Shown here piece after piece: positions 48,727-57,943 of a stretch of 64,000 nt of DNA. Under the pieces are notes generated by a model. The model was not told the origin of the DNA. It was given only the letters and a program-made list of their open reading frames with translations, and ran no database searches. The first letter of the stretch is position 1, and each line of letters begins with the position of its first letter. This DNA is from Deltaproteobacteria bacterium (GTDB lineage: Bacteria; Myxococcota; Myxococcia; Myxococcales; 40CM-4-68-19). The position numbers and the translations under genes were made by a program. Where the stretch lies: positions 7,744 through 71,743 of the forward strand of contig JANYKT010000058.1 of the NCBI GenBank assembly GCA_025358085.1, given 5' to 3'.

Positions 48727-50904
48727 ATGATCCGCCTGAACGACATCCTCGAGAAGGTCAGTGGGTACCACCCGGATGCGGATCTGGACCTGATCAAGAA
48801 GGCCTACGTTTACAGCGCCAAGGTCCACCAGGGCCAGGTCCGCAAATCGGGCGAGCCGTACCTGATCCATCCGCTGGAAGTGGCCGGCGTCCTCGCGGAC
48901 CTGAAGCTGGACGAGGCCAGCATCGTCGCGGGCCTGCTTCACGACACCATCGAAGACACTCTCGCCAAGCCGGATGAAATCAAGGAACTTTTTGGTGCAG
49001 AGATCCTCGACCTGGTCGAAGGCGTGACCAAACTCGGCACCTTCGGCATGTCGCAGCAGGCTTCGGTCGAGGAGAAGCAGGCCGAGAACTTCCGCAAGAT
49101 GCTGGTGGCGATGGCCAAGGATATCCGGGTCATCCTGGTCAAGCTCGCGGACCGTACGCACAACATGCGGACTCTCGAGCACATGAAGCCCGAGAGCCAG
49201 CAGCGCATCGCGCAGGAGACGCTGGACATCTATGCGCCGCTCGCCAACCGGCTCGGTATCCAATGGATCAAGATTGAGCTGGAAGAGCTGGCCTTCAGGT
49301 ATTTGAAGCCCGCTGAGTACGCCGAGGTCGAGGCGCAGGTCGCGCAGTCGCAGAAGGATCGCGTCAAGTTCATCGCCGACGTCGTGCTGCTATTGAAAGC
49401 AAAGCTGAAGGACGCCGGGCTCGAGGCCGACGTGGAAGGGCGTCCGAAGCATCTCTATTCCATCTGGAAGAAGATGCGGAAGAACGAGCTTCATTCCGTC
49501 TCGCAGCTTTACGATATCGTCGCCTTCCGGTTGATCCTCAAATCGGTCCCGGCTTGTTATGAAGCGCTGGGCTTGATTCACTCGCTCTGGAAGCCGGTGC
49601 CCGGTCGATTCAAGGATTACATCGCGATACCGAAACCGAATCTTTACCAGTCCCTGCACACGACGGTGATCGGGCCGACCGGCGACCGCATCGAGATTCA
49701 AATGCGCACCGAGGAGATGCACCGCATCGCCGAGGAAGGCATCGCCGCTCATTGGGCCTATAAAGAAGGCAAGACAGGCAAGGACGAGCAGAACTTTGCC
49801 TGGCTGCGACAGTTGATGGAGTGGCAGCAGGACCTCAAGGATCCACGCGAGTTCCTCGAGACCGTCAAAGTCGATCTCTTCGCCGACGAGGTCTTCGTCT
49901 TCACCCCGAAAGGCGACGTGCGGTCGCTACCGCAGGGCTCGACGCCGATTGACTTCGCCTACGCCATCCACTCCGAGGTCGGGGCGCACACCTCGGGCGC
50001 CAAGGTGAATGGAAAGATCGTTCCGCTTCGCTACAAGTTGAAAAACGGCGATTCGGTCGAGATCCTGACCGGTACCAATATCCGCCCAAACAAGGATTGG
50101 CTCGGCTTCGTCAAGACCTCGCGCGCGCAGGCTCGCATTCGCAATTATATCAAGGGGCAGCAGCGCGAGCGGTCCATCGATATCGGCCGCGACTTGCTCG
50201 AGCGCGAGTTCCGCCGCTTCGATCTCAATTACGGAAAGATGGTGAAGTCGGCTGACTTCCTCAAGGCCGCAAATGACATGGGGCACGCGCGCGCCGACGA
50301 CCTGGTGAGCGCGGTTGGCTACGGCAAGCTCTCGCCGACGAACGTGCTGCAGAAGATCCTGCCGCCCGAGAAGATGCTGGCGAGCGAGAAGAAGGCCGAG
50401 TCGCCGCCTCCAGAGACCGGCAATCGACTCACCGAACTGTTCCGCCGGGTGGCGCGGCGCACGCGCACCACCGGCGGCGTTCGCGTCGGCAACATCGACG
50501 ACGTGCTGGTCCGCTACGGAAAGTGCTGCGGACCGGTGCCGGGAGACGCCATTACCGGCTTCATTACCCGCGGGCGCGGCGTCACCGTGCATACGCGCGC
50601 CTGCAAGAAGGGGATGGAGACCGACCCCGAACGGCGCGTCGAGGTGGCGTGGGACGTGCACGGCGAGTTCAAGCGGGCGGTCAATCTTCGCGTACGGAGC
50701 GACGATCGCAAAGGCCTGCTGGCGAAATTGACCGAGACCTTCGCCGCAGTCGGGGTCAATATCCTGCAGGCCACTGCGCGCTCGATTGGAGATCAGGGCG
50801 CCATCTCGACCTTTGAAATCGAGATCGGCGACGTCAAGCAGCTGAATGAACTGACCCGCGCCATCGGGCAGATTTCCGGCGTACACGAGGTGGAGCGGAT
50901 ATGA
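48727..50904 (+). CDS. rel: Bifunctional (p)ppGpp synthetase/hydrolase (RSH)
   Basis: HD domain (HPLEVAGVL...HDTIEDT), synthetase domain, TGS and ACT domains. Confidence 0.9.
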   Translation: MIRLNDILEKVSGYHPDADLDLIKKAYVYSAKVHQGQVRKSGEPYLIHPLEVAGVLADLKLDEASIVAGLLHDTIEDTLAKPDEIKELFGAEILDLVEGVTKLGTFGMSQQASVEEKQAENFRKMLVAMAKDIRVILVKLADRTHNMRTLEHMKPESQQRIAQETLDIYAPLANRLGIQWIKIELEELAFRYLKPAEYAEVEAQVAQSQKDRVKFIADVVLLLKAKLKDAGLEADVEGRPKHLYSIWKKMRKNELHSVSQLYDIVAFRLILKSVPACYEALGLIHSLWKPVPGRFKDYIAIPKPNLYQSLHTTVIGPTGDRIEIQMRTEEMHRIAEEGIAAHWAYKEGKTGKDEQNFAWLRQLMEWQQDLKDPREFLETVKVDLFADEVFVFTPKGDVRSLPQGSTPIDFAYAIHSEVGAHTSGAKVNGKIVPLRYKLKNGDSVEILTGTNIRPNKDWLGFVKTSRAQARIRNYIKGQQRERSIDIGRDLLEREFRRFDLNYGKMVKSADFLKAANDMGHARADDLVSAVGYGKLSPTNVLQKILPPEKMLASEKKAESPPPETGNRLTELFRRVARRTRTTGGVRVGNIDDVLVRYGKCCGPVPGDAITGFITRGRGVTVHTRACKKGMETDPERRVEVAWDVHGEFKRAVNLRVRSDDRKGLLAKLTETFAAVGVNILQATARSIGDQGAISTFEIEIGDVKQLNELTRAIGQISGVHEVERI

Positions 50905-51101
50905 AAAAAGCCTTGATTCTCCTGCTGCTGGCCGGCTGCGCGCACGCCATCAAGAATGTCTCCGATTGCGATCGCGTCGACGGCATCAAGCGCGTTGAGT
51001 GCGGCGCCTGCACCCTGCAGAACAAGGCTGGCGGATATCTGGGCGAATACGAGTACAAGCCCGACAACAACGCTGGCGACCGCTGCGTGCGGCTGAAGTA
51101 G
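50901..51101 (+). CDS. Small Cys-rich lipoprotein (66 aa), coupled to rel (ATGA overlap)
   Basis: Lipobox LLLAGC; four further Cys residues. Confidence 0.4.
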   Translation: MKKALILLLLAGCAHAIKNVSDCDRVDGIKRVECGACTLQNKAGGYLGEYEYKPDNNAGDRCVRLK

Positions 51102-51168
51102 CTGCGGGCTTGATGGCGGCAAGCCATGGCACTTGACCTTGCGTCAAGGCGCGCGCATATCCCGCGCC

Positions 51169-51552
51169 ATGACAAGCCAGAGCATTTATACCGACAGCGC
51201 ACCAAAGGCGATTGGCCCGTACTCGCAGGCCATCGTGGCTGGCAATCTGGTTTTTACCAGTGGCCAGATCCCGCTCGACCCGAAGACGCAGCAGATGATC
51301 GAGGGCGATATCCGCGCGCAGACGGAGCGCGTGATGGAGAACCTGGCCGCCGTGCTGCAGGCCGCCGGCGTCACCTTCGCCGACGTGGTAAAGGCGACCA
51401 TCTTCGTCGCCGACCTGGGCGACTTCGCGGCCGTCAATGAGATCTACGGGAAGCGCTTTCCCACCAACCCGCCCGCGCGTTCGACTGTGCAGGTGGCTGC
51501 GCTCCCCAAAGGCGCTCGCCTCGAAATCGACCTCGTCGCCATCAAGAGATAG
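51169..51552 (+). CDS. ridA: RidA/YjgF-family reactive-intermediate deaminase
   Basis: AIGPYSQAIVAGNLVFTSGQIPLDP...PARSTVQVAALPKGARLEID. Confidence 0.8.
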   Translation: MTSQSIYTDSAPKAIGPYSQAIVAGNLVFTSGQIPLDPKTQQMIEGDIRAQTERVMENLAAVLQAAGVTFADVVKATIFVADLGDFAAVNEIYGKRFPTNPPARSTVQVAALPKGARLEIDLVAIKR

Positions 51553-52005
51553 CTAATGCAGCAGCGCGCCGGTGAACTCGGCATCGTCGGGGAGCGGCTT
51601 GCGGCCGGCCGCCCCGGCATCGATCTCGTGGTAATGCTCGACGCGCTTCTCGCCGTAGCGCCAGCAAAGCAGCACCGCGCGGCCGCGCAGCTTGGTGCGG
51701 AAGTCCACCAGGCCGTCCGCCGCCTTCACTTCCACGCCAAGTTCGGACACCTCGCGCAGGATGCCGCGCAATTCGTCGATGATGGCCGCGGCGATCCGCT
51801 GCAGCCGCTGCACCGCAGGGGGCGCGGCCGGATCGATCTGGATCTCGGGCCTCTGCATGGGGTGCCGCGCCTGCGACAGCTGGCCCTGGACCTCGCCGAG
51901 CTTGTCGCGCAGTCTGCGTGCGTGCTCGAACTGTGCTTGCAGCGTGTCGACCAGCGCGTTGGCCTGGCTGAGCGAGAAGAGCCGCGTCTGGAAGGAGCTA
52001 TCCAC
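51553..52005 (-). CDS. Hypothetical protein (DUF2203-like?)
   Basis: 150-aa ORF with a coiled-coil N-terminus; no firm family assignment. Confidence 0.35.
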   Translation of the reverse strand: MDSSFQTRLFSLSQANALVDTLQAQFEHARRLRDKLGEVQGQLSQARHPMQRPEIQIDPAAPPAVQRLQRIAAAIIDELRGILREVSELGVEVKAADGLVDFRTKLRGRAVLLCWRYGEKRVEHYHEIDAGAAGRKPLPDDAEFTGALLH

Positions 52006-52064
52006 CAGGGCACCGTACCTGAGCGCCGCGTGAGATCAAGAGCGCACGGCATGGTAGTTAAGCG

Positions 52065-53006
52065 GTGAAGCTGGCCCTGCGCGACCTGACGGCCGAGGAG
52101 CGGGCCGCCTACTTCCAGGGCGTGCATCCCATCTGGGGCGGCGGGCTGGACGAGGAGCGCTTCGTCACTTTCCAGCGAAGGCTTGCCGACTCGACCGAGG
52201 CGCGTGATCGCTACCGTCTGCTCGGGCTGTTCGAGGGCGGCGGCTTCCTCTCGGCGATGAAGGCGTATGAGCTGGACGGCCGCTTCGAGGGGCAGCCGTT
52301 GCGCCTGATCGGCATCGGGGCGGTCTACACCCCCCCGCACCTGCGCCGGCGGGGCTCGGCGGCCGCCATGTTGTCGCTGGCGATGAACGAATATGCGCAG
52401 CGCGGCTGCGGCGCGGCGGTGCTCTTCTCTGATATCGAGACCGCCTATTACGAGCGGCTTGGCTTCCGCGCGCTCGACAGTCGCGAGTGCCTGATTGAAT
52501 TGTCAGCGCTGCCGCGGCCGGACGGAGGGCATCGCGCGGTGGGGCCGGGCGAGGAAGGCGAGGTCTCGGCGCTGCTCGCACGGGGTCGCGACGGCACCGG
52601 CCAGCTCACACTGTCGCGCGATGGCTGGACGCTGCGGCTGCAGCTGCGCCGGCTGCGCGAGCTGGCGCGGGCGCGGGGCGTCGGCGAGCCCGAGTGGGGC
52701 ATCCGCGTCGAGGGCCGCGGCGGCGATGCAGTGGCGATAGTACGGCTCGGCCGCGACACGCTCGACCTGCTCGACGCCGCGTGGACCAGCGACTCGGCCC
52801 GCGGCAAACTCCTGGGAGCGCTGCGCGACTGCATGGCGCGCTCGGGCCGCAGCCGGCTCCGGCTCTGGCCTTCGCACCAGCTGCGGCACCTGTTCGCCTC
52901 GCAGGCCCGGACCAGCGCGGTGGCCATGGTGGCTCCGCTCCGCGACGGCATCGCCGTCCCCGAGCGAGACGCGAAAGCCGAGCTCGCGCTGCTCGATCAT
53001 ATCTAG
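52065..53006 (+). CDS. GNAT-family N-acetyltransferase with a C-terminal extension
   Basis: Acetyl-CoA-binding motif HLRRRGSAAAML...FSDIETAYYERLGF. Confidence 0.6.
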   Translation: MKLALRDLTAEERAAYFQGVHPIWGGGLDEERFVTFQRRLADSTEARDRYRLLGLFEGGGFLSAMKAYELDGRFEGQPLRLIGIGAVYTPPHLRRRGSAAAMLSLAMNEYAQRGCGAAVLFSDIETAYYERLGFRALDSRECLIELSALPRPDGGHRAVGPGEEGEVSALLARGRDGTGQLTLSRDGWTLRLQLRRLRELARARGVGEPEWGIRVEGRGGDAVAIVRLGRDTLDLLDAAWTSDSARGKLLGALRDCMARSGRSRLRLWPSHQLRHLFASQARTSAVAMVAPLRDGIAVPERDAKAELALLDHI

Positions 53007-53017
53007 TTGCGGTGGCG

Positions 53018-53707
53018 CTAGTGGAGCACTTCAACCAGCTCCGCCACGATGCTGAGCCCCTCCCCGTTGCGCAGGGAGATGGCGCGGTATCGACGCGAGG
53101 TGCTGCGAGGCTCGAGCCGCACCGAGCGCCCGTCGCGCGCATAGACTTTGACCGTGTATTGACCGCCGTGATCCGGGTCTTCGATGCGGCGATGCTGGGC
53201 CAGCACGATGCTGCCAGCCAGCGGCCCTGCGGGCGGCGCGCGGAAGACGCAATACGAGCCGCTCGGGATGCGGCGATTCATCGATTCGCCGACCACGCGC
53301 GCGACGAACAGGCCCGGGGACGGCTGGGTCCGCCCTCGCGTCCTGACCCAGGACTCGGGGCGCACTTCTTCGAAGCGGCCGAAGGCGCCGGCCGCGGCCT
53401 CCAGCGAGTACAGCGGGATCGCGTCGATGAAAGGCCGCACCTCGCGGCCGGCGGACGCCAGCAGCCGCGTGAACGGCTCCTCCGCTTCTTCCGGCAAGAT
53501 CAACGATGCGACCGCCGTCCCGTACGCGTGCGCGCAGGCCACCAGCGTCGCGAAGGTCACGTTGGCAGAGCCGCGCTCCAGGCGCTGTAGATGTTTCGCG
53601 TGCAGGCCGATCCGTTCTGCCGCCTGCTCCTGTGTCAGGCCGGCCCGCTCCCGGACCGCTCGCAGGCGCAGGGCGAGAGTGCGCAACTCCCGCGCCACCT
53701 CGCGCAT
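53018..53707 (-). CDS. XRE-family HTH + S24 peptidase (LexA/CI-like autocleaving) repressor
   Basis: HTH LTQEQAAERIGLHAKHLQRLERG; S24 motifs GESM (Ser) and TVKV (Lys). Start placed at the ATG at 53707; the track's TTG at 53797 lies inside the palindrome. Confidence 0.65.
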   Translation of the reverse strand: MREVARELRTLALRLRAVRERAGLTQEQAAERIGLHAKHLQRLERGSANVTFATLVACAHAYGTAVASLILPEEAEEPFTRLLASAGREVRPFIDAIPLYSLEAAAGAFGRFEEVRPESWVRTRGRTQPSPGLFVARVVGESMNRRIPSGSYCVFRAPPAGPLAGSIVLAQHRRIEDPDHGGQYTVKVYARDGRSVRLEPRSTSRRYRAISLRNGEGLSIVAELVEVLH

Positions 53708-53790
53708 CAGCACCGGCCGGCCCTTCAGCTCGGAGGCGCCGTGCGCGTGAATCGAAGGGTTACCGGTCACCCGGCCCAAGTACTCGACGC

Positions 53791-53818
53791 AACTCAAGAG
53801 TTACACCACTCTTGAGTT
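53791..53818. promoter_or_regulatory. Perfect 10-bp inverted repeat AACTCAAGAG-N8-CTCTTGAGTT; candidate operator between the S24 repressor gene and a divergent small gene
   Basis: Seen directly in the sequence. Confidence 0.45.
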
Positions 53819-53846
53819 CCCTCGCTGCGCGCTGTACCGTCGAAGC

Positions 53847-54101
53847 ATGTTTTCTGCACCTGATCCCGCGAAGGCGCGCGTCGAGAAGCTGATCAAACTG
53901 GTCGAGGTGGGCGCCATCGCGCGCGCGGCAGCCAGTCGCCAGTGGCACGAGGCGGTGTGCATCGTCTGGTTCGCGCTCTCGATCGAGCCGCGCGACGTCA
54001 AAGGCCTCGCCGATGAAGGCCTCGACAAGAACGCCATTGACCTGATCAATTACGCCATGCGCGAAGGCCCGCGGCCCGTCTGGTACCGCGACGCTGGCTG
54101 A
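53847..54101 (+). CDS. Hypothetical small protein (84 aa), divergent from the S24 repressor
   Basis: No family signature; the ORF begins about 30 bp downstream of the palindrome. Confidence 0.35.
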   Translation: MFSAPDPAKARVEKLIKLVEVGAIARAAASRQWHEAVCIVWFALSIEPRDVKGLADEGLDKNAIDLINYAMREGPRPVWYRDAG

Positions 54102-54191
54102 TCGCGGACGTCTCTGGCAACGAGACCGGCGTCGTCTCAGCCTGAAAGCCTGCAGCCTCAAGCTCTTGGGCCAACCTGGATCAGGCCTGCC

Positions 54192-55565
54192 TCAGGCCGC
54201 GGGCTGCTCGACCTGGTCTCGCCACCACTGCTGGCCGGCGGCCGGGAGCTGGTCAATCGGGTCGTAATACTCATACCGGCGCGTCAGTGCGTCGGGGTCG
54301 TTGGCCTCGATGCCAGTCTTGTAGTTCTTGGTCCAGTACGAGATCCCTTTTTCGCGGTCGTATTCCGCGACCTGGTGGACCCACCGCTTGCCGACGAAGG
54401 GAACGTCGCAGACGATGCGTGGGGTGGCGAAGCCCGGGAGATATCCCATGATGTCGTGCTGAAGCTTCTGCGCCACGGCCACGGAAGTGCGCCAGTGCTC
54501 CGAATTCGGAATCAGATCGCACATATAGAAGTAATAGGGGAGCACGCGCGCGTGGTCCTGCAGCATGAAGCAAAGATCCAGCAGGGCCTTCTGCGAATCA
54601 TTTACTCCGCGCAACAAGACCCCTTGATTGCGCACGTCGCGGAAACCCATGGAGAGCAATTTCTGCGCGGCGCGGCCGAACAGCGGCGTCACCTGATTGG
54701 CGTGATTGACGTGGGTATGCATCGCCAGCGAAACATTCCGCTCGACAGCCTTGCGCGCCAACCGGTCCAGCGCGTGCAGTACGTCGTCCTGGAGGAAGTG
54801 CTGGGGAATGCCCATCAATCCCTTCGAGGCCAGCCGGATATCGCGGACGTTCTCGATATCGAGCAGCGCGGAGACGAAGCTCTCGAGTGATTGAATGGGC
54901 AGGTTCGCGATATCGCCGCCCGAGACCACCACGTCGCGCACTTGAGGGGTCGCGCGCAGGTATTCGAGCATTTGCAAGTGCCGGTCCTTCTGCTGCACCA
55001 CGAACTTGAGCTTCTTCACCTGCGGCACGCTGTTGCCGACCAGATCCATTCGAGTGCAATGGCCGCAATACTGCGGGCAGGTCGAGAGCATCTCGGCCAA
55101 TACCTTGGTCGGATAACGATGCGTCAGGCCCTCGACCTTCCACATCTCCTGCTCGTGCAGGGAATCGCGCGACGCCCTGGGATGCGACGGCCAGTCGGTC
55201 CGGCGATCGCTGAAGGCCGGCAGCATATAGTGCCGCAGGGGGTCCGCCCGCAGGTCCCGCTCATCCAGCGTGTTGAGCATATGCGGCGTAATCAGGATCG
55301 ACATCGTCGCGCGCTCGCGCTGGTCGCGCTCCAGGTCCAATGCCAGCTCGTCACTGAGCAGGTCGCCGAGGACTTCTTTCAGCTCGCGCAGGTTCTTGAC
55401 CGTGTTCTTGCGCTGCCACAGCGCGCTCTCCCACTCGATCCTGGTGACAGCGCGATAGCCGGGCAGGCGCGTCCAATCGGGCTCGATGAAGGCGCGGTCC
55501 AAAGGATATTTGAACGGCTGACCACTCTGCTCCGGCACTGCGACTGCAACAACTGGAACGCTCAC
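54192..55565 (-). CDS. KamA-family radical SAM aminomutase paralog (lysine/glutamate 2,3-aminomutase-like), 457 aa
   Basis: CPQYCGHCTR cluster motif; C-terminal conservation with lysine 2,3-aminomutases. Confidence 0.75.
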   Translation of the reverse strand: MSVPVVAVAVPEQSGQPFKYPLDRAFIEPDWTRLPGYRAVTRIEWESALWQRKNTVKNLRELKEVLGDLLSDELALDLERDQRERATMSILITPHMLNTLDERDLRADPLRHYMLPAFSDRRTDWPSHPRASRDSLHEQEMWKVEGLTHRYPTKVLAEMLSTCPQYCGHCTRMDLVGNSVPQVKKLKFVVQQKDRHLQMLEYLRATPQVRDVVVSGGDIANLPIQSLESFVSALLDIENVRDIRLASKGLMGIPQHFLQDDVLHALDRLARKAVERNVSLAMHTHVNHANQVTPLFGRAAQKLLSMGFRDVRNQGVLLRGVNDSQKALLDLCFMLQDHARVLPYYFYMCDLIPNSEHWRTSVAVAQKLQHDIMGYLPGFATPRIVCDVPFVGKRWVHQVAEYDREKGISYWTKNYKTGIEANDPDALTRRYEYYDPIDQLPAAGQQWWRDQVEQPAA

Positions 55566-55665
55566 TGGATGCTCCCTCGGAAAGGCCGCCGATTTAGCGT
55601 CGCCCGGCGTTCGCGGTCAAGCTGGGCTGCAGCGGCCGTCAACACCCGCTAGACTGCCAGGCACA

Positions 55666-56709
55666 GTGCTCCGCTTCCGCGTCGGTCCCTTTCCCGTTGC
55701 CGTCTTTCCCTCCTTCCTCATCGGGGCGCTGCTGCTCGGCTTCTACTACGGCGAGCCGTGGAAGCTGGTCGCCTGGACCTTCGTGGTCTTCGTCAGCGTG
55801 CTGGTGCACGAGCTGGGGCACGCGGTGGTGGGCCGCGCGCTCGGGGGCAGCCCCGAGATCCGGCTCGAGGGCTTCGGAGGCGTCACCTTTCCGAATCTGC
55901 CGCGGGCGGTGAGCGCGTCGAAACAGATGCTGCTGTCGGTGGCGGGCCCGGTCTTCGGGCTGCTGCTCGGTGCGGCAATTTACCTGCTCAAGCGCGGCCT
56001 GCCGCCCGACCCCGGCTCGCCGTCGGCCTGGGTGGTGAGGCAATTCATCTTTACCAGTGTCGTGTGGGCCGGCTTCAACCTGTTGCCGATGCTGCCGCTC
56101 GACGGCGGACACATCCTCCTCGCCGCGGTCGAGGGCGTGCGCAGGAAGCCTTCAATGGTGGCGGTGTCCTGGTTCTCGGCCCTCTTCGGCGTCGCGCTCG
56201 GGCTGGTCGCCTGGCTCGGCTTCGACCAGACCTTCGTCGCCATTTTCTGCGCGATGTTTGCCTTCCAGAACTTCAGCCGCGCGCGTCTGGCGGGCCGCGG
56301 GCCCAAAGAGGCTGACGAGCCCTCGAAAAAAGAGATCGATTCGCAGACGCGCGGCGATGTTCAAAGCGGCATCGAAGAAGCGCGTCGCGCGCTCGGGGCC
56401 CAGGAATTCGACGCCGCATTCGCCGCAGCGGCGCGGCTGGAAGAGGGCGAGGGACCGTTCCGCCAGGCCGCTGGCTTGCGGCTGCGCGCGGCCATCGAGC
56501 TTTCTCGCGGCGACAACAAGGCGGCCGCGCTGCTGGCGGGGCAGAGCTTTTCGCTCTGGCCGTCGCCTGACGCAGCGGTGGTGGCCGCGCGCGCGAACCT
56601 CCGCTCCGGCGAGCGCAGCCGCGCCCTCAACTGGCTCAAGCGCGCCCTGGAAGCAGGGGCTCTGCCGGCTGCCGTCCGCGAAGACCCGGAGCTCTCGGTC
56701 CTCGCTTGA
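55666..56709 (+). CDS. M50-family (site-2 protease-like) membrane metalloprotease with a C-terminal TPR-like tail
   Basis: HELGH zinc motif and the LPLDGGH motif; multiple TM segments. Confidence 0.7.
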   Translation: MLRFRVGPFPVAVFPSFLIGALLLGFYYGEPWKLVAWTFVVFVSVLVHELGHAVVGRALGGSPEIRLEGFGGVTFPNLPRAVSASKQMLLSVAGPVFGLLLGAAIYLLKRGLPPDPGSPSAWVVRQFIFTSVVWAGFNLLPMLPLDGGHILLAAVEGVRRKPSMVAVSWFSALFGVALGLVAWLGFDQTFVAIFCAMFAFQNFSRARLAGRGPKEADEPSKKEIDSQTRGDVQSGIEEARRALGAQEFDAAFAAAARLEEGEGPFRQAAGLRLRAAIELSRGDNKAAALLAGQSFSLWPSPDAAVVAARANLRSGERSRALNWLKRALEAGALPAAVREDPELSVLA

Positions 56710-56761
56710 CCTCGCCGATGCGGCGCGGGCATGGTGCGCGCCTTTTCAAGGACCAAAACCG

Positions 56762-57943
56762 ATGCGCCCTCTCTTCCCCAACGCGACGGATGCCGAATGG
56801 CGCGACTGGCGCTGGCAGCAGCGCAACGCCGTGCGCAGCCTGGCCGAGCTCGAGCGCTTCCTTCCGCTCACCGACGACGAGCGCCGCGGCTGCATCGAGA
56901 CGGCCGGCATCTTTCGCCTCGGCATCTCTCCTTATTACTTGAGCCTGATCGATCGCGATCATCCCTTCTGCCCGGTGCGGATGCAGGCCATTCCGACCCG
57001 CGCCGAGGCCGAGAAGCAGCCGGGCGAGCTGCGCGATCCGCTGGGCGAGGACCACCACCGCCCGGTGCGCGCCATCGTGCACAAGTACCCCGACCGCGTG
57101 CTGCTGCTCGCGCTCGATCACTGCTCGGTCTATTGCCGCCACTGCACCCGGCGCCGCATCACCAGCGGGGCCGAGGGCGGCATCTCCCGCGACGAGCTCA
57201 AAGAAGCAATTGATTATCTCAAGGCGCATCCCGAAGTCCGCGACGTGCTCATTTCTGGCGGCGACCCGCTGCTGCTGGGGACCGCGCGGCTCGACGAGCT
57301 GTTGACCGAACTGCGCGCGATTCCGCACATCGAGATCATTCGCATCGGCACGCGCATCCCGGTCTGCCTGCCCATGCGCGTCGATGAAGAACTGGCGAAG
57401 GTGCTGCGCCGGGCCGCGCCGCTGTACGTCGTCACTCATTTCAATCACGCCAAAGAGATCACGCCCGACGCCCGCGCCGCTTGCGAGCTCCTGGTCGATC
57501 ACGGCGTGCCGGTCGAGAACCAGGCCGTGCTGATGCGCCGCCTCAACTCCAGCGCGGTCGCTATCAAGGACTTGATGCAGAAGTGCCTGACCATGCGGGT
57601 GCGGCCGTATTACCTGCACCAGATGGACGTGGCCGAGGGACTCGAGCACCTGCGCACGCCGCTGTCGAAAGGCGTCGAGATCCTGCAATCGCTGCGCGGC
57701 TGGACCTCCGGCCTCGCGGTGCCACACCTCGCGGTCGACCTGCCCGACGGCGGCGGCAAGGTGACGCTGCAGCCCGACTACGTGGTCGAGCGGCGCGCGA
57801 GCGAGACCATCTTCCGCAACTATCGCGGCGAGCGCTATGCGTACCCCGAGCCGCGCGAGACCGATTGCAGCGTGCCGTATGACGAAATCCAATATCAAAA
57901 GTTCAATCAGCCGCCGTTACCGAAATTGAGGATCCTGCGATGA
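56762..57943 (+). CDS. kamA: L-lysine 2,3-aminomutase (radical SAM, PLP)
   Basis: CSVYCRHCTRRR cluster motif; ISGGDPLLL; YYLHQMD. Confidence 0.8.
   Translation: MRPLFPNATDAEWRDWRWQQRNAVRSLAELERFLPLTDDERRGCIETAGIFRLGISPYYLSLIDRDHPFCPVRMQAIPTRAEAEKQPGELRDPLGEDHHRPVRAIVHKYPDRVLLLALDHCSVYCRHCTRRRITSGAEGGISRDELKEAIDYLKAHPEVRDVLISGGDPLLLGTARLDELLTELRAIPHIEIIRIGTRIPVCLPMRVDEELAKVLRRAAPLYVVTHFNHAKEITPDARAACELLVDHGVPVENQAVLMRRLNSSAVAIKDLMQKCLTMRVRPYYLHQMDVAEGLEHLRTPLSKGVEILQSLRGWTSGLAVPHLAVDLPDGGGKVTLQPDYVVERRASETIFRNYRGERYAYPEPRETDCSVPYDEIQYQKFNQPPLPKLRILR

Noticed and set aside
56057-57943. 628-aa ORF that would fuse kamA to an upstream extension
   Set aside because: The upstream 700 bp of this frame overlaps the M50 protease gene, which has real HELGH/LPLDGG motifs in another frame. 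kamA starts at the ATG at 56762.
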